64,000 bases of DNA from Candidatus Doudnabacteria bacterium (GTDB lineage Bacteria; Patescibacteriota; Doudnabacteria; UBA920; VMFF01): positions 16,574 to 80,573 of the forward strand of contig CAWIZL010000004.1 in assembly GCA_963840645.1 (NCBI GenBank). The letters are read 5' to 3'. Below the pieces are notes generated by a model that was not told the origin of the DNA, did not search any database, and was given only the letters and a program-made list of their open reading frames with translations. How positions within the stretch are numbered: the first letter of the stretch is position 1; each line of letters starts with the position of its first letter. Made by a program: the position numbers and the translations under genes. Positions 40,374 through 49,857 of the stretch are shown here, piece by piece.

Positions 40374-41251
40374 TCAGTCAGTAGTGAGCGACTCAGCCGA
40401 CGGCGCGGCCGAAGCAGAAGTTTCGAGGTCGGCAAACGAAATGAGCTCGATGCCGGGAATCTCCGGGATTGCAGCCAGGGCCAGACGCTCGACGTCGCGC
40501 GAAGCGCGCAGCCGCGTGCGCACGCGCGCCAAGATCCGCGTCGTTGTAGCCGGGATGAGTAACCAGTTCCCATGTGCCGGCAGGAAGCTGATCGAGCAGG
40601 GAACGCAGCGCTGCCGCGTCGAGTGTGCCGGTGCCGGCCATAGCGATGGTTCCATCGGTCGTGATAAATCCCTCCTCTGCGATGATCCTGCGGGAGCGCG
40701 GCTCGAGCCGGCGCAGCGCCGCAACCTGTACCACGCGCGCCAATGGAGCGCCAGGCGTGGCGCGGACGGCCCATTCCGGCTCAAAAGGATTGCGCACCGC
40801 GCGAATCCCGCAGCGCGGGCCGCGCGCAGCACGGGACGAAGCACCGCGGAAACATGTGCGTGTGCTTGTGGGTGTCAATGTGCGTCAGGCGCACGCCGCG
40901 TTGCTGTAGAATGCGCGATCTGCGCCGCGGCTTCGGCCTCAATCTCGTCGGCGCGGATGCGGCCCGTAAAAAGCCGCAGCAGGAATGCCGCTGAGTGGAA
41001 TTCGGGAAATGCCCGGTCCGCGCATCGACAAGCGACGGAATCTTTGCCGGCGGAAGCACGGGGTCGCCATCGACCAGAACCACATGGCAGCCCACGCCGA
41101 GCGATCGGATGTTGCGCGCGCCAGCTCGATGGCTTCGTCTGTCGCGCCGGCGCGCGCCATCAGCGAAGTGCTGGTTACCAGGCCCGCAGCGATGCAACTC
41201 GACGATGGCCCGGTTGACTCCGGAAGTCAGCCCGAAATCGTCGGCGTTCAC
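40374..41251 (-). pseudogene. YdjC/ChbG-family carbohydrate deacetylase (HpnK-like), multiply frame-disrupted as sequenced
   Basis: (V)NADDFGLTSGVNRAIVELH, GVGCHVVLVDG, GVRLTHIDTHKHTHMFP, GTWELVTHPGY. Pieces in ORFs 40781, 40393 and 40374 (at least 3 frame changes). Confidence 0.8.
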
Positions 41252-41357
41252 GATGAGGCGGCCACGCGGCTGAGTTTATCAATGTGCGCCAGTTCATGCC
41301 TCCGGAGAGCGATCGCGCTGATATCATGAATGAAGGCCGCAATCCCACGCGCAGAGT

Positions 41358-41434
41358 GGGCGGTTAGCTCAGTTGGTTAGAGCGCCTGCCTTACAAGCAG
41401 GAAGTCCGGGGTTCGAGTCCCTGACCGCCCACCA
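41358..41434 (+). tRNA. tRNA-Val (anticodon TAC), CCA encoded
   Basis: Cloverleaf by hand: acceptor GGGCGGT/ACCGCCC, D-arm GCTC..GAGC, anticodon stem CCTGC/GCAGG with loop CTTACAA, T-arm CGGGG-TTCGAGT-CCCTG, discriminator A + CCA. Confidence 0.9.
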
Positions 41435-41527
41435 TGCATTGCATGCAGCAGCCGCTCGCTATTCGCTCGCAGGAGGTTTGAGACCTGCACCGCTCACTTT
41501 TTCTCCCGCCATTTTCCGTCCACAAAA

Positions 41528-41596
41528 TTGTCATCCTGAGCGGAGTTTGCCGCGCAGTTTGCGGCAAACGGAGTCGAAGGACCTGCGGCTGCTTTA
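41528..41596. repeat. family A hairpin repeat
   Basis: ttgtcatcctgagcggag-[tttgccgc gcagttt gcggcaaa]-cggagtcgaaggacctgcggctgcttt. Same orientation as the copy at 40243. Confidence 0.8.
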
Positions 41597-41748
41597 ACGA
41601 GCCTCAGATTTATCGCACGAATGAGGACGATCTTCTTCATTTCGCCGGCCTCCGCGCATGCGCATCCGGCCACTTCGGCAGCGTTGGCCGGCATCTTGGG
41701 CGATCATAGGAGAGGTGCGCGCGAGGAGCGAAGAGGAAGGGGAACGAT

Positions 41749-43136
41749 TTGCCGCCAGGCACAAAAAAATCGGTGATCGTGGTCGGCGGAGGCGTGGCCG
41801 GCATGAGCGCGGCCTGCGCGCTGGCCGAGGCCGGGCTCCGCGTCCAAGCTCGTCGAGCGCCGCGGCTACCTGGGCGGCCGGGCCAGCTCCTATCGGCATC
41901 CCGGCGTGGATGAGGTCATCGACAACTGCCAGCACGTGCTCTTCGGCTGCTGCACCAATCTCATTGGTTTTTACCAGCGCATCGGCGTCGCGGATCAAAT
42001 CCACTGGACGCACACCATGACCATGATCGAGCCGGGTGGCCAGCGACTCGCTTGCTCGGCCCAGTTGGTTGCCGGCTCCGCTGCATGGTCTGCCCAGCCT
42101 GCTTGCGGCGAAGGCTCTCACAGCGCGGAGACAAAATAGCCCTGACGCGCGCCTTTCGTGCGTTCATGCGGCCGGTCGCGCCGGAGTCGGCCGAGACCCT
42201 GGGCGACATGGCTCCGGCTGAACGGGCAGACGCAGGGCGCGATCGACCGTTTCTGGCGGCTTGGTGATTGCGAGCGCGCTCAATGCCGATGTGGACGAGA
42301 TCGCCCTGCCCTATGCGGCGAAGGTGATCCGCGAATTGTTTCTGAACTCGGCCGAGGCGGGCAGCGATGGGCATGAGCACCGTGCCGTTGAGCGAGCTGT
42401 ACGCCGGCGCGGAGCAATATCTTGCGCGAACGTGGCGGCGAGGTGGTCTTCAGCGCTGAGCGTGGAAGGTGCAGAGTGGGATGAGGAGACGTCGCAGTGG
42501 ACGCTGGCAACGCGTGCGGGCGCGCTGGTGGCGGATTACCTGGTGCTGGCGCTTGCCGTTTGAGGCGACGGCGAAATCTGCTGCCGCAGATGCCGCCAGC
42601 CGACGGCGTCGAGCCCCTCGCCGCACAAATCGAACGGCAAGAGCACGGGCCCATCTGCAGCGTGCATCTCTGGTTCGACCGCGAAATTACGGATCTCGAA
42701 CACGCCGTGTTGCTCGACCGCGAAATTCACTGGATGTACAACAAGAGCCGCCTGCAGCCGTGCGCGCAGGACGAAGGGGAGTTACATCGAGCTGGTGGTG
42801 AGCGCTTCGCACAAGTTTGCCGCGCTCAGCCGCGAAGAGGCGATTGATCTGGCCGTGCGCGAACTGGCGGAGTTTTTCCCGGCCGTCAACGCGGCGAAGC
42901 TGGAAAAAGCTGCGCTGGTGAAAGAAGTCCGCGCGACGTTCACCGTGCCGCCGGGAATTGACGCGGCGCGGCCCGGCTCCATTTCGCCGTGGCCGAACTG
43001 CGTGCTGGCAGGTGACTGGATTCGGACCGGCTGGCCCTCCACGATGGAGAGCGCAGCGCGCAGCGGCCATCTGGCGGCGGAGGCAGTGTGCGCCGCCGTC
43101 GGCGCACCCCGCAGAAGTTCCTCGACCCCGACTTGA
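41749..43136 (+). pseudogene. FAD-dependent amine-oxidase/desaturase family protein, HpnE (hydroxysqualene dehydroxylase)-like, multiply frame-disrupted as sequenced
   Basis: Dinucleotide fold KKSVIVVGGGVAGMSAACALAEAGLRV..VERRGYLGGRA, then IDNCQHVLFGCCTNLIGFYQRIG and C-terminal LAGDWIRTGWPSTMESAARSG. At least 7 frame changes. C-terminal end approximate. Confidence 0.7.
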
Positions 43137-43256
43137 AGCCGCGGGGACTCATGCGATTTCTAAGTGCAGTTCCGGAGTAGCGATAAGTCCCGCGCTTCGT
43201 GAAGGGACGTTACTCAATCGAGGTAGTTGTTTTCAGCTTCCGGATGCGAGCTGCTT

Positions 43257-44159
43257 TCAGTGCGCCAGCAAATAGACGCCAACGCACACCAGCACCGCGG
43301 CGTCCAGCGCCGCCGGTCGACATTTTCCTTGAGGAAAATCTTGCCGGCGATGGCATTCGTCACAAGCGTGAGCGAGGCCGAGGCCGGACGCGACAAGGCT
43401 CAGGTTGAGATGATTCAGCGCAAAGAGCAGCGAGAAGAAGGCCAGAGCCAGAAAGAAAACTCCGGCGAAAAACAGCGGGCAGGTGACCACGGCGCGGATC
43501 GCGCCTTTCATACCCGAGCGCGCGCGAATCACGTCCAGATCGCCGATCGACTTCATGGCCGCGGCGGTGAGCACTTCGCCAGTTGTCGAAGTGAGCACGA
43601 CAGCGGCAATCATCGCCGCAGCGAACCACGGATCTGAGGTTGCGTGCAAAGCGCGCGGTGAGGAGAGCGTCATCGCATTTCGGCTTCGCTATATGGGCTC
43701 CAGTTCCGCAGGCTCCAGGTCTGGAGGCACTTGGTCTGCGAATTCCCAGCTTCGGCAGCGGGGCGCTCGGTGAGGGAAGGCCCTTGCGCGACGAATCCGA
43801 CGCCGAGCGTGATGAGCACAATGCCGGCCCAGCGTTCGAGCGAAATGGCCTCGTGCAGCCAGAAGCGCGCAAGCAGCGCGACGATCACGTTGCCAAACGC
43901 GGTGGCCGGAAGACAAACGTGAGATCGGCCCAGGAGAGCGCCGTGAGATAGCTGGCGAAAAAGCCGATCAGCAGCGCAATGCCCAGCAGCGATCCATGGC
44001 GTGAAGACGGCGGCGATCAGCGCGCCAGGATGCGCCAGCGTAGATGGCCGGCACGTCCGTCATGCCACGCGAAAGGCAAGCTATCGCCCAGCGGCGCGCA
44101 GACAGCAGACGAGTCCCAGGATCAGATATTGGCGCGGCAAGAGGGTGTGATTGAGCCAT
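43257..44159 (-). pseudogene. EamA/DMT-superfamily transporter, multiply frame-disrupted as sequenced
   Basis: Two EamA-like halves: ..RFWLHEAISLERWAGIVLITLGV.. and ..TNAIAGKIFLKENVDRRRW..VCVGVYLLAH*. Fragments in ORFs 43968, 43670, 43257 and 43214. Confidence 0.65.
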
Positions 44160-44191
44160 CGGTCGCAGTGATCTGATGCAGTCTCAAATGC

Positions 44192-45745
44192 CTAAAGAAG
44201 GCCTAAAGAAAATAAGGGCGGACGCAAAGGCGCCGCCCTCGACTTCGATTGACTGCAGTCCCTATGCGCCGGCGCCGGCCGGTGCAGGCGGCTGGCCTGC
44301 TGGCTGCGCGTCTCCTTCACCATCTTGTTGCGTTGCGCGCGCAGCTTCAGGAACGACTTGGCCTCAACATAGAGCCGCGGCAGATCGCGATTCACGATCG
44401 CCTTCCAGACCACGCGGAACGCCGCCTTCGGACGGAAGTAGTACTCGTCGTAGAAGCGGTGCACCATCTCCATCACGTAGTCGGTGGGCAGGCCAGGATA
44501 CTCGATGTGCGCCATCTGGTGGCCGCCGCCGTCTTCCATCTTCTCGTTGGTGATGAATCCGTTCTTCGCGGCGTACTCGTAGAACTCGGTGCCCGGGGTA
44601 GGCGTGCGCGATCGACACCTGGATGGTTTCGCAGTCCAGCGATCTTGGCAAAGTTGATGGTGTTGCGGATCGATTCCTTCGTCTCGCCGGGCAGGCCGAG
44701 AATGAAGTCGCCGTGAATGGTCAGGCCGAGTCGAATGGCAGTCGCGCGCAAAGTCGCGCGCGCGCTCAACGGTTGCGCCCTTCTTGATGTTCTTCAGGAT
44801 CTGCGGATCGCCGGATTCGAAGCCGACGATGAGCAGACGGCAACCGGCTTCGCGCATGGCCTTCAGCGTGTCGTAGTCGGTGGTGACGCGCGAGGTGCAG
44901 CTCCAGGTAATGCCGAGCGGCTTCAGCTTTTCGCAGAGCTCAATGGTGCGCACCTTCTGGATGTTGAAGGTGTCGTCATCGAAGAAGAATTCCTTCACCT
45001 CAGGGAAGTTCTCCTTGGCCCACTTCATCTCGGCGGCAACATCGTCGGTGGAGCGCTTGCGCCACGCGTGCCCGCTCAGAGCGTCTGCGGCCACAGGCAG
45101 AAGGTGCACTGCGCCGGGCAGCCGCGCGTGGAGTAGAGCGCGATGTACGGGATGCAGCAGGAACGGCACGTTGTAGCGCGTCACATCCATGTCGCGCTTG
45201 TAGATCTTCGTGGCCCACGGCATCGCATCCAGGTCTTCAATCTGCGGGCGGTCGGGGTTGTGGACGATCTTGCCGTCTTTCTTGTAGCTGATGCCGAGAA
45301 TCTCGTTAAGCGGCTTGCCTTGCGCAAACTCGACGACGGAATAGTCAAACTCGCGGCGGCAGATGAAGTCGAGCGCGGAGCACTCGTTCAGCGCGCGGTC
45401 GGGGTCGGTGGTCACCGGCGGGCCAACGAAGGCAATGCGAATCGACGGATTGGCCGCCTTGATAGCCTCGGCAAGGCGCTGGTCGCCCTCCCATCCCACG
45501 GTCGAAGTGAAGAGCACCAGGAACTCGTAGTCCTTGCAAATCTCGATGGTTTCCTCGGCAGAGACGTGGTGGGGCGGCGCGTCGAGCACGCGCGAACCCT
45601 CAAGCAAGCCGGCCGGATAAGTGAGCCAGACCGGGTACCAGTAGGACTCGATCTCGCGAGTCGCTGGCCAGCGCGAGCTGGCGCCGCCGTCGAAGTTCTT
45701 AAAGGAAGGAGGGTTGAGGAAGATTGTTTTCAGTGGCATGGGCAT
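44192..45745 (-). pseudogene. hpnJ: B12-binding radical SAM protein HpnJ (hopanoid biosynthesis-associated), frame-disrupted as sequenced
   Basis: MPMPLKTIFLNPPSFKNFDGGASSRWPATREIESYWYPVWL, FFFDDDTF, WSCTSRVTTDYDTLKAMREAGCRLLIVGFESGDPQILKNIKKG. The CxxxCxxC motif (GCPAQCTFCLWPQ) is out of frame at 45085..45123. C-terminal third is shifted again; 3' end approximate. Confidence 0.85.
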
Positions 45746-46162
45746 CTCTTCAATTCTATCATTCAGATAGAAATTTAGACGGATTTCCCGCTCTTCAAAG
45801 GCAATTGATTTTGACCGGCCTCCAGCCTCGCTTGAAGCGCATAAACCTATTGCAATCAGCGCGTTTCTCGCAGGACCTCGCCGCGACAAACAAGATGCGG
45901 GGGTTGGTCGCAAGGTTCCTTAGCTCGGAATGGAGTTCGTTACGATGAACCCGCATGTGGCCAAGGGCACGGCGCACGCAGGGACGCCCGGTTTGCCCGG
46001 CCCATTCGGCCGCGACGGCCGCGTGCCCACATCTTGACTTTTTGATCGTGTGGCAGGAACTTAAGCAACACGGGAAATTTGAGACACTCCACCGACAAGC
46101 CGCTGATCGTCGAATAACAAAGCAATGACAATTCCCATAGACTTCGCTGGCTACCATGCAGC

Positions 46163-48328
46163 ATGGACATTCTGCGAGATCGACGCGCCATCTCGTGGAT
46201 CGAACGCTTCACTCTACTGCTCGCGATTGCATATCTTGGCATGCACTCTTGGCCGCGTGCCTGGTCCAAGCTCAATACGGATTTTCCCAACTACTATCTA
46301 ACAGCGCGTTTGGTTCACGAAGGCTACGATACCGACCGAATCTATGAATGGGTGTGGCTCCAAAGAGAGAAAGACCATCGTTCGATCGACAATCCCTTAA
46401 TCGGGATGATCCCGATTACCCCATTTTCCACTCTGCTCATGTGGCCTATCAGCGAGCTTCCAGCACTCGCCGCCAAGCACGTGTGGATGCTGGTGAATCT
46501 GGCCCTGCTCGTTCCGCTCTGTTGGTTATTGCGCGCGATAACCGGATTGTCGTATCAGCGTATTGCTCTCGTCTGCGCGCTCAGTTTTCCACTGCACCGG
46601 AATCTGTTCCTCGGGCAGTACTACATATTTCTACTGCTATTGATCGCCGCTGCATGCTTGGCTTACTTGAGGGAGCTCTATCTTGTATCGGGCGCGCTCA
46701 TTGCGATCGCGGCAGCCTGCAAGATATTTCCCATACTTTTCCTGGCGTGGTTTCTGCAGCGAAGAAACTGGCGCGCTCTTGCATCGGCGCTGGTCACCGG
46801 CATCGCAACACTCGCCATATCAATCGCCGTCTTCGGCTGGAACGTTCATCGCACCTATCTGCATGAAGTTCTGCCCTGGACGCTGCGTGGCGAAGGCCTG
46901 TCACCATATGTAACCTCCGCTGCATCCATTTCGAGTCTCCTGCACTATCTGCTGCTTCGCGAACCAGAGTGGAATCCGCATCCGTGGCATAACTCGATTT
47001 TCACTTATTCCCTGTTACAGCCGGCCTTGCCGGCGCTGCTGTTAGCCCCCGCGATCTTGTTAATTCGCAGGAAGGACCAGACGCCGCGACGGATCGTTCT
47101 CGAGTGGGCGGGATTGCTGACGGCCTCCCTTGCGATCTCAACAATTCCTGCCGGTTACGACTTCGTGCTGATGATATTTCCAGTATGTGTGCTTGGCGCG
47201 CTGCTGATCGATCGCGGCGCCGTCGCTTGGCTGATCGCACTCCTGATTGCTTACCTGGGCATTGGAATTTCCATGCCCGCTCCAAGCCACCCGATGGGAC
47301 CGGCGATCCTGCTCTATGTCCCGCGACTTCTTCTCATGCTCGCCGTTCTGCTTGGAACTTATGCCCTGCTTTGGTCAGGTCGCGATCGGGACAAAGAATG
47401 GGATTGGACACACTACGCCTGGGCGGGCGCGATGACCTTGGCAATGCTGTTCAGTATGCAATCGACATATCGTCTGCAACGGGCAGTCCGCCAGGAATAT
47501 GTTTATCGGGTTGCGCTCAAAACCCCGTCTTTGTTTGATAGCGATCCGGTCGTTAATGGCGACGCTCTACGCTATATTGCGACCGCCACACGCTATAACT
47601 CGACCGCGTTTGAAGGTTATCGCCTGGTCGCTGACGGAAATTCGACGTGGTTCGATTCCTCCCCCGGAGATGATCTTTCGTTCGCTGCCAGCCCGCGGCA
47701 ACTACTCGTCGAGAAAGCGCGCAGCCAGAACTCCGAAATTGTCGACCTGCAGGATCCAGCGAAAACCATCGCCGACACTGGGCGAAATCCGATGCTCTCG
47801 ATCGACGGCCAAGACCTTGCATTTGTGCGCGACGATCACGGAAGGGGAAGGCTCATGGTGCAGCCTTCCCTCCAGTCCGGTAGTTCGAACCAGGTCGCAC
47901 TCACTCCTCCTTCAATAAATGTTTACGAAGCAGCGTTCGCTTCGCGGAGTGAGTATGCGGTTTCCGGCGTCGAGAACGGAAAACCGCCGCAGATTTATCT
48001 GACCGACCGTGGCCACTCCAACACGCGGCTCGATCTCGGAGAGTCTCGCTTTCCTGCGTTGTCTCCAGATGGGCGCTGGATGGCCTATAGCCATCTGGAC
48101 CACGGCGCGTGGAATCTTTGGATCCGCGATCAGGAGACGGGCGCAACGCGCCGCGTGGCCGATCTGCCATGCAATCAGATCGAGCCGTCCTGGGAAAGCG
48201 ACTCGAAAAGCCTGATCTACGCCAACGACTGCGGCCGCAGCCTCTGGTCAACTGGGGGATCTCGCGCCGCCAGGTCATTCCATGAGGGCTTGCGCGTCAA
48301 CTCCCGTAGTATCCCGATCGAACGGTAG
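46163..48328 (+). CDS. polytopic GT-C-like (DUF2029/GT87-like) glycosyltransferase fused to a PD40/TolB-like beta-propeller
   Basis: 721-aa intact ORF. About 400 aa with more than 10 hydrophobic helices, FPNYY near the first loop and AACKIFPILFL. C-terminal about 300 aa with PD40-like repeats (PALSPDGRWMAYSH, EPSWESDSKSLIYAND). Confidence 0.7.
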   Translation: MDILRDRRAISWIERFTLLLAIAYLGMHSWPRAWSKLNTDFPNYYLTARLVHEGYDTDRIYEWVWLQREKDHRSIDNPLIGMIPITPFSTLLMWPISELPALAAKHVWMLVNLALLVPLCWLLRAITGLSYQRIALVCALSFPLHRNLFLGQYYIFLLLLIAAACLAYLRELYLVSGALIAIAAACKIFPILFLAWFLQRRNWRALASALVTGIATLAISIAVFGWNVHRTYLHEVLPWTLRGEGLSPYVTSAASISSLLHYLLLREPEWNPHPWHNSIFTYSLLQPALPALLLAPAILLIRRKDQTPRRIVLEWAGLLTASLAISTIPAGYDFVLMIFPVCVLGALLIDRGAVAWLIALLIAYLGIGISMPAPSHPMGPAILLYVPRLLLMLAVLLGTYALLWSGRDRDKEWDWTHYAWAGAMTLAMLFSMQSTYRLQRAVRQEYVYRVALKTPSLFDSDPVVNGDALRYIATATRYNSTAFEGYRLVADGNSTWFDSSPGDDLSFAASPRQLLVEKARSQNSEIVDLQDPAKTIADTGRNPMLSIDGQDLAFVRDDHGRGRLMVQPSLQSGSSNQVALTPPSINVYEAAFASRSEYAVSGVENGKPPQIYLTDRGHSNTRLDLGESRFPALSPDGRWMAYSHLDHGAWNLWIRDQETGATRRVADLPCNQIEPSWESDSKSLIYANDCGRSLWSTGGSRAARSFHEGLRVNSRSIPIER

Positions 48329-48425
48329 CAATAGCTGCTGTCGGCAGGCGTAAGGTGGGCAAGTGAGTTTCCTGGCCACACAGGAAATTCGACGTGAAGA
48401 GCTCGAGGCTGCAGGCTTCGCCCTA

Positions 48426-49789
48426 CTATGGCTTCTTCAGCTCATCGAGCCAGTCCTGCATGTGGCCGAGCGCCCGCAGCAGATTAAGCGCGCCTTGCTC
48501 AGGTCAGCCCGAATCGAGGGCATCGAGATAATTCTGGCGCTCATCGATGCGCGCCTGTTGCTCGGCCGTGGGTGAAAGCTGCGGCGGCGCGCCGGGCCCG
48601 TGCCGGTCTGCCCATTTCCCAATTCTAGCTGGGCCAGAACGCTCTTCAACTCTCCGCGGCAATCTGCTGCTGCAGGCTGGCAATTCAGCCTGCGCATCCA
48701 GTTCGCGCAAGGTCGCGGTCAGTTGGCTGATCAGAATGTCGTTCTGCTGCTGCGCCTGCTCGGCCTCGACCTTCGCGCGAAGGGCTTCGGCGGCCGACTC
48801 TCTCGCACTTGGCGTGCAGGCCCATGTCGAACAGGTGAACTTTGATCGAGAATCCTGTGCTGAAGTTGTTAGCGGGAAATGGTTGTCTGTAGTAGTCGTT
48901 GATGCTGTTCAGCAGCGTGGTGTTGCGGTTGTATATGGGCGCCAAAGGCAACTTCCGGGCAGCAGCCATAAATGCTCCCGGTCGCCTTTTGAAACCAGCA
49001 ATTTCGATTTGGCTTCCGCATTGCTGGCGACCAGGGCAGGCGTCGAAATGGGTCATCTCCCGTGACCGGCGGAACTTCGGGAATGCTCGACGTGATCGGG
49101 AGTAATCGATCCAGCGGGCAATCCAGTCAGCGTGGCAAGCTGCTTGGCCAGCGTTGCGGCGCGCGTTTCCAGATGCAACCGGCTAGCTTGAGTTGCGCCG
49201 CAGTCAGTTGCGCCTGAAACAGGCTGCTCAGCGGATCGACGCCGGCGTCCGTTCGCTGCTGCTCGATGTGACCAGCCGTGCCGCATCTGTTCCTGCTCGC
49301 GTGCGGCTTCGAGCTCCCGGTTCACCGTGTCGAGCTCGATATAGTGCCGTCGAAGCGTCGAGAGCAACCTGCTCCGTGCATCCTTCAGCGCGAGTTGCGC
49401 CGACTGCACCCCGCGCGCGCCGCCTGGATGTACTGGATCTGCGGCAGGCTGAAAACCAGCGACTGCATAGTGCCGTCCCAAATGGTCGGCAGGGAGCCGG
49501 TAAAACCAACTTCAGGAAACGCCGGAGGCCCGAGCCAAACGAGAGCGACGGAATGAAAGCATCGCTGCTTTGCGCCAGTTGCGCCGTTGCCTTTTGCACG
49601 TCGGCCTGCGCCAGCCGCACCGCTGCGCTGTTCTTCTGCGCCAGGTCCACCACGGTGGTCAGCGAGACCTGCGCTGGCGTCCCGTGCAGACGCAGCAAAA
49701 ACCGCGCCGACCAAGGCGCCAAGCGCGGTGCCCCGTCCGTTGTCCGCCGCGGCGGAAAAGGGCGGAAACCACAGTGCTCGTTTCGCCAT
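48426..49789 (-). pseudogene. TolC-family outer-membrane efflux protein, multiply frame-disrupted as sequenced
   Basis: Signal, then SLTTVVDLAQKNSAAVRLAQADVQKA.., P.LSFGSG.., LQIQYIQAARAGVQSAQLALKDA.., later coiled segments, ending ..GHMQDWLDELKKP*. At least 5 frame changes. Confidence 0.75.
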
Positions 49790-49857
49790 GATCAGGGCTC
49801 GTCTTTCGAAAGCGTCTCACAGTCGATGCTGCCATCATCTTCGCAATCCTATGCTTT

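Noticed and set aside
41358-41434. tRNA-Val as an integration site of a genomic island
   Set aside because: There is no integrase, no excisionase and no direct repeat of the tRNA 3' end within the window. The flanking family A repeats are generic interspersed elements.
41749-43136. The FAD-dependent oxidoreductase as the missing HemY/CgoX of the coproporphyrin pathway
   Set aside because: The IDNCQHVLFGCCTNL.FY motif, the C-terminal GDW..TGWP.TMESA..SG, and the neighbourhood (hpnJ, hpnK-like) fit the HpnE/phytoene-desaturase branch better than HemY. The multiply shifted sequence makes this a moderate-confidence call.
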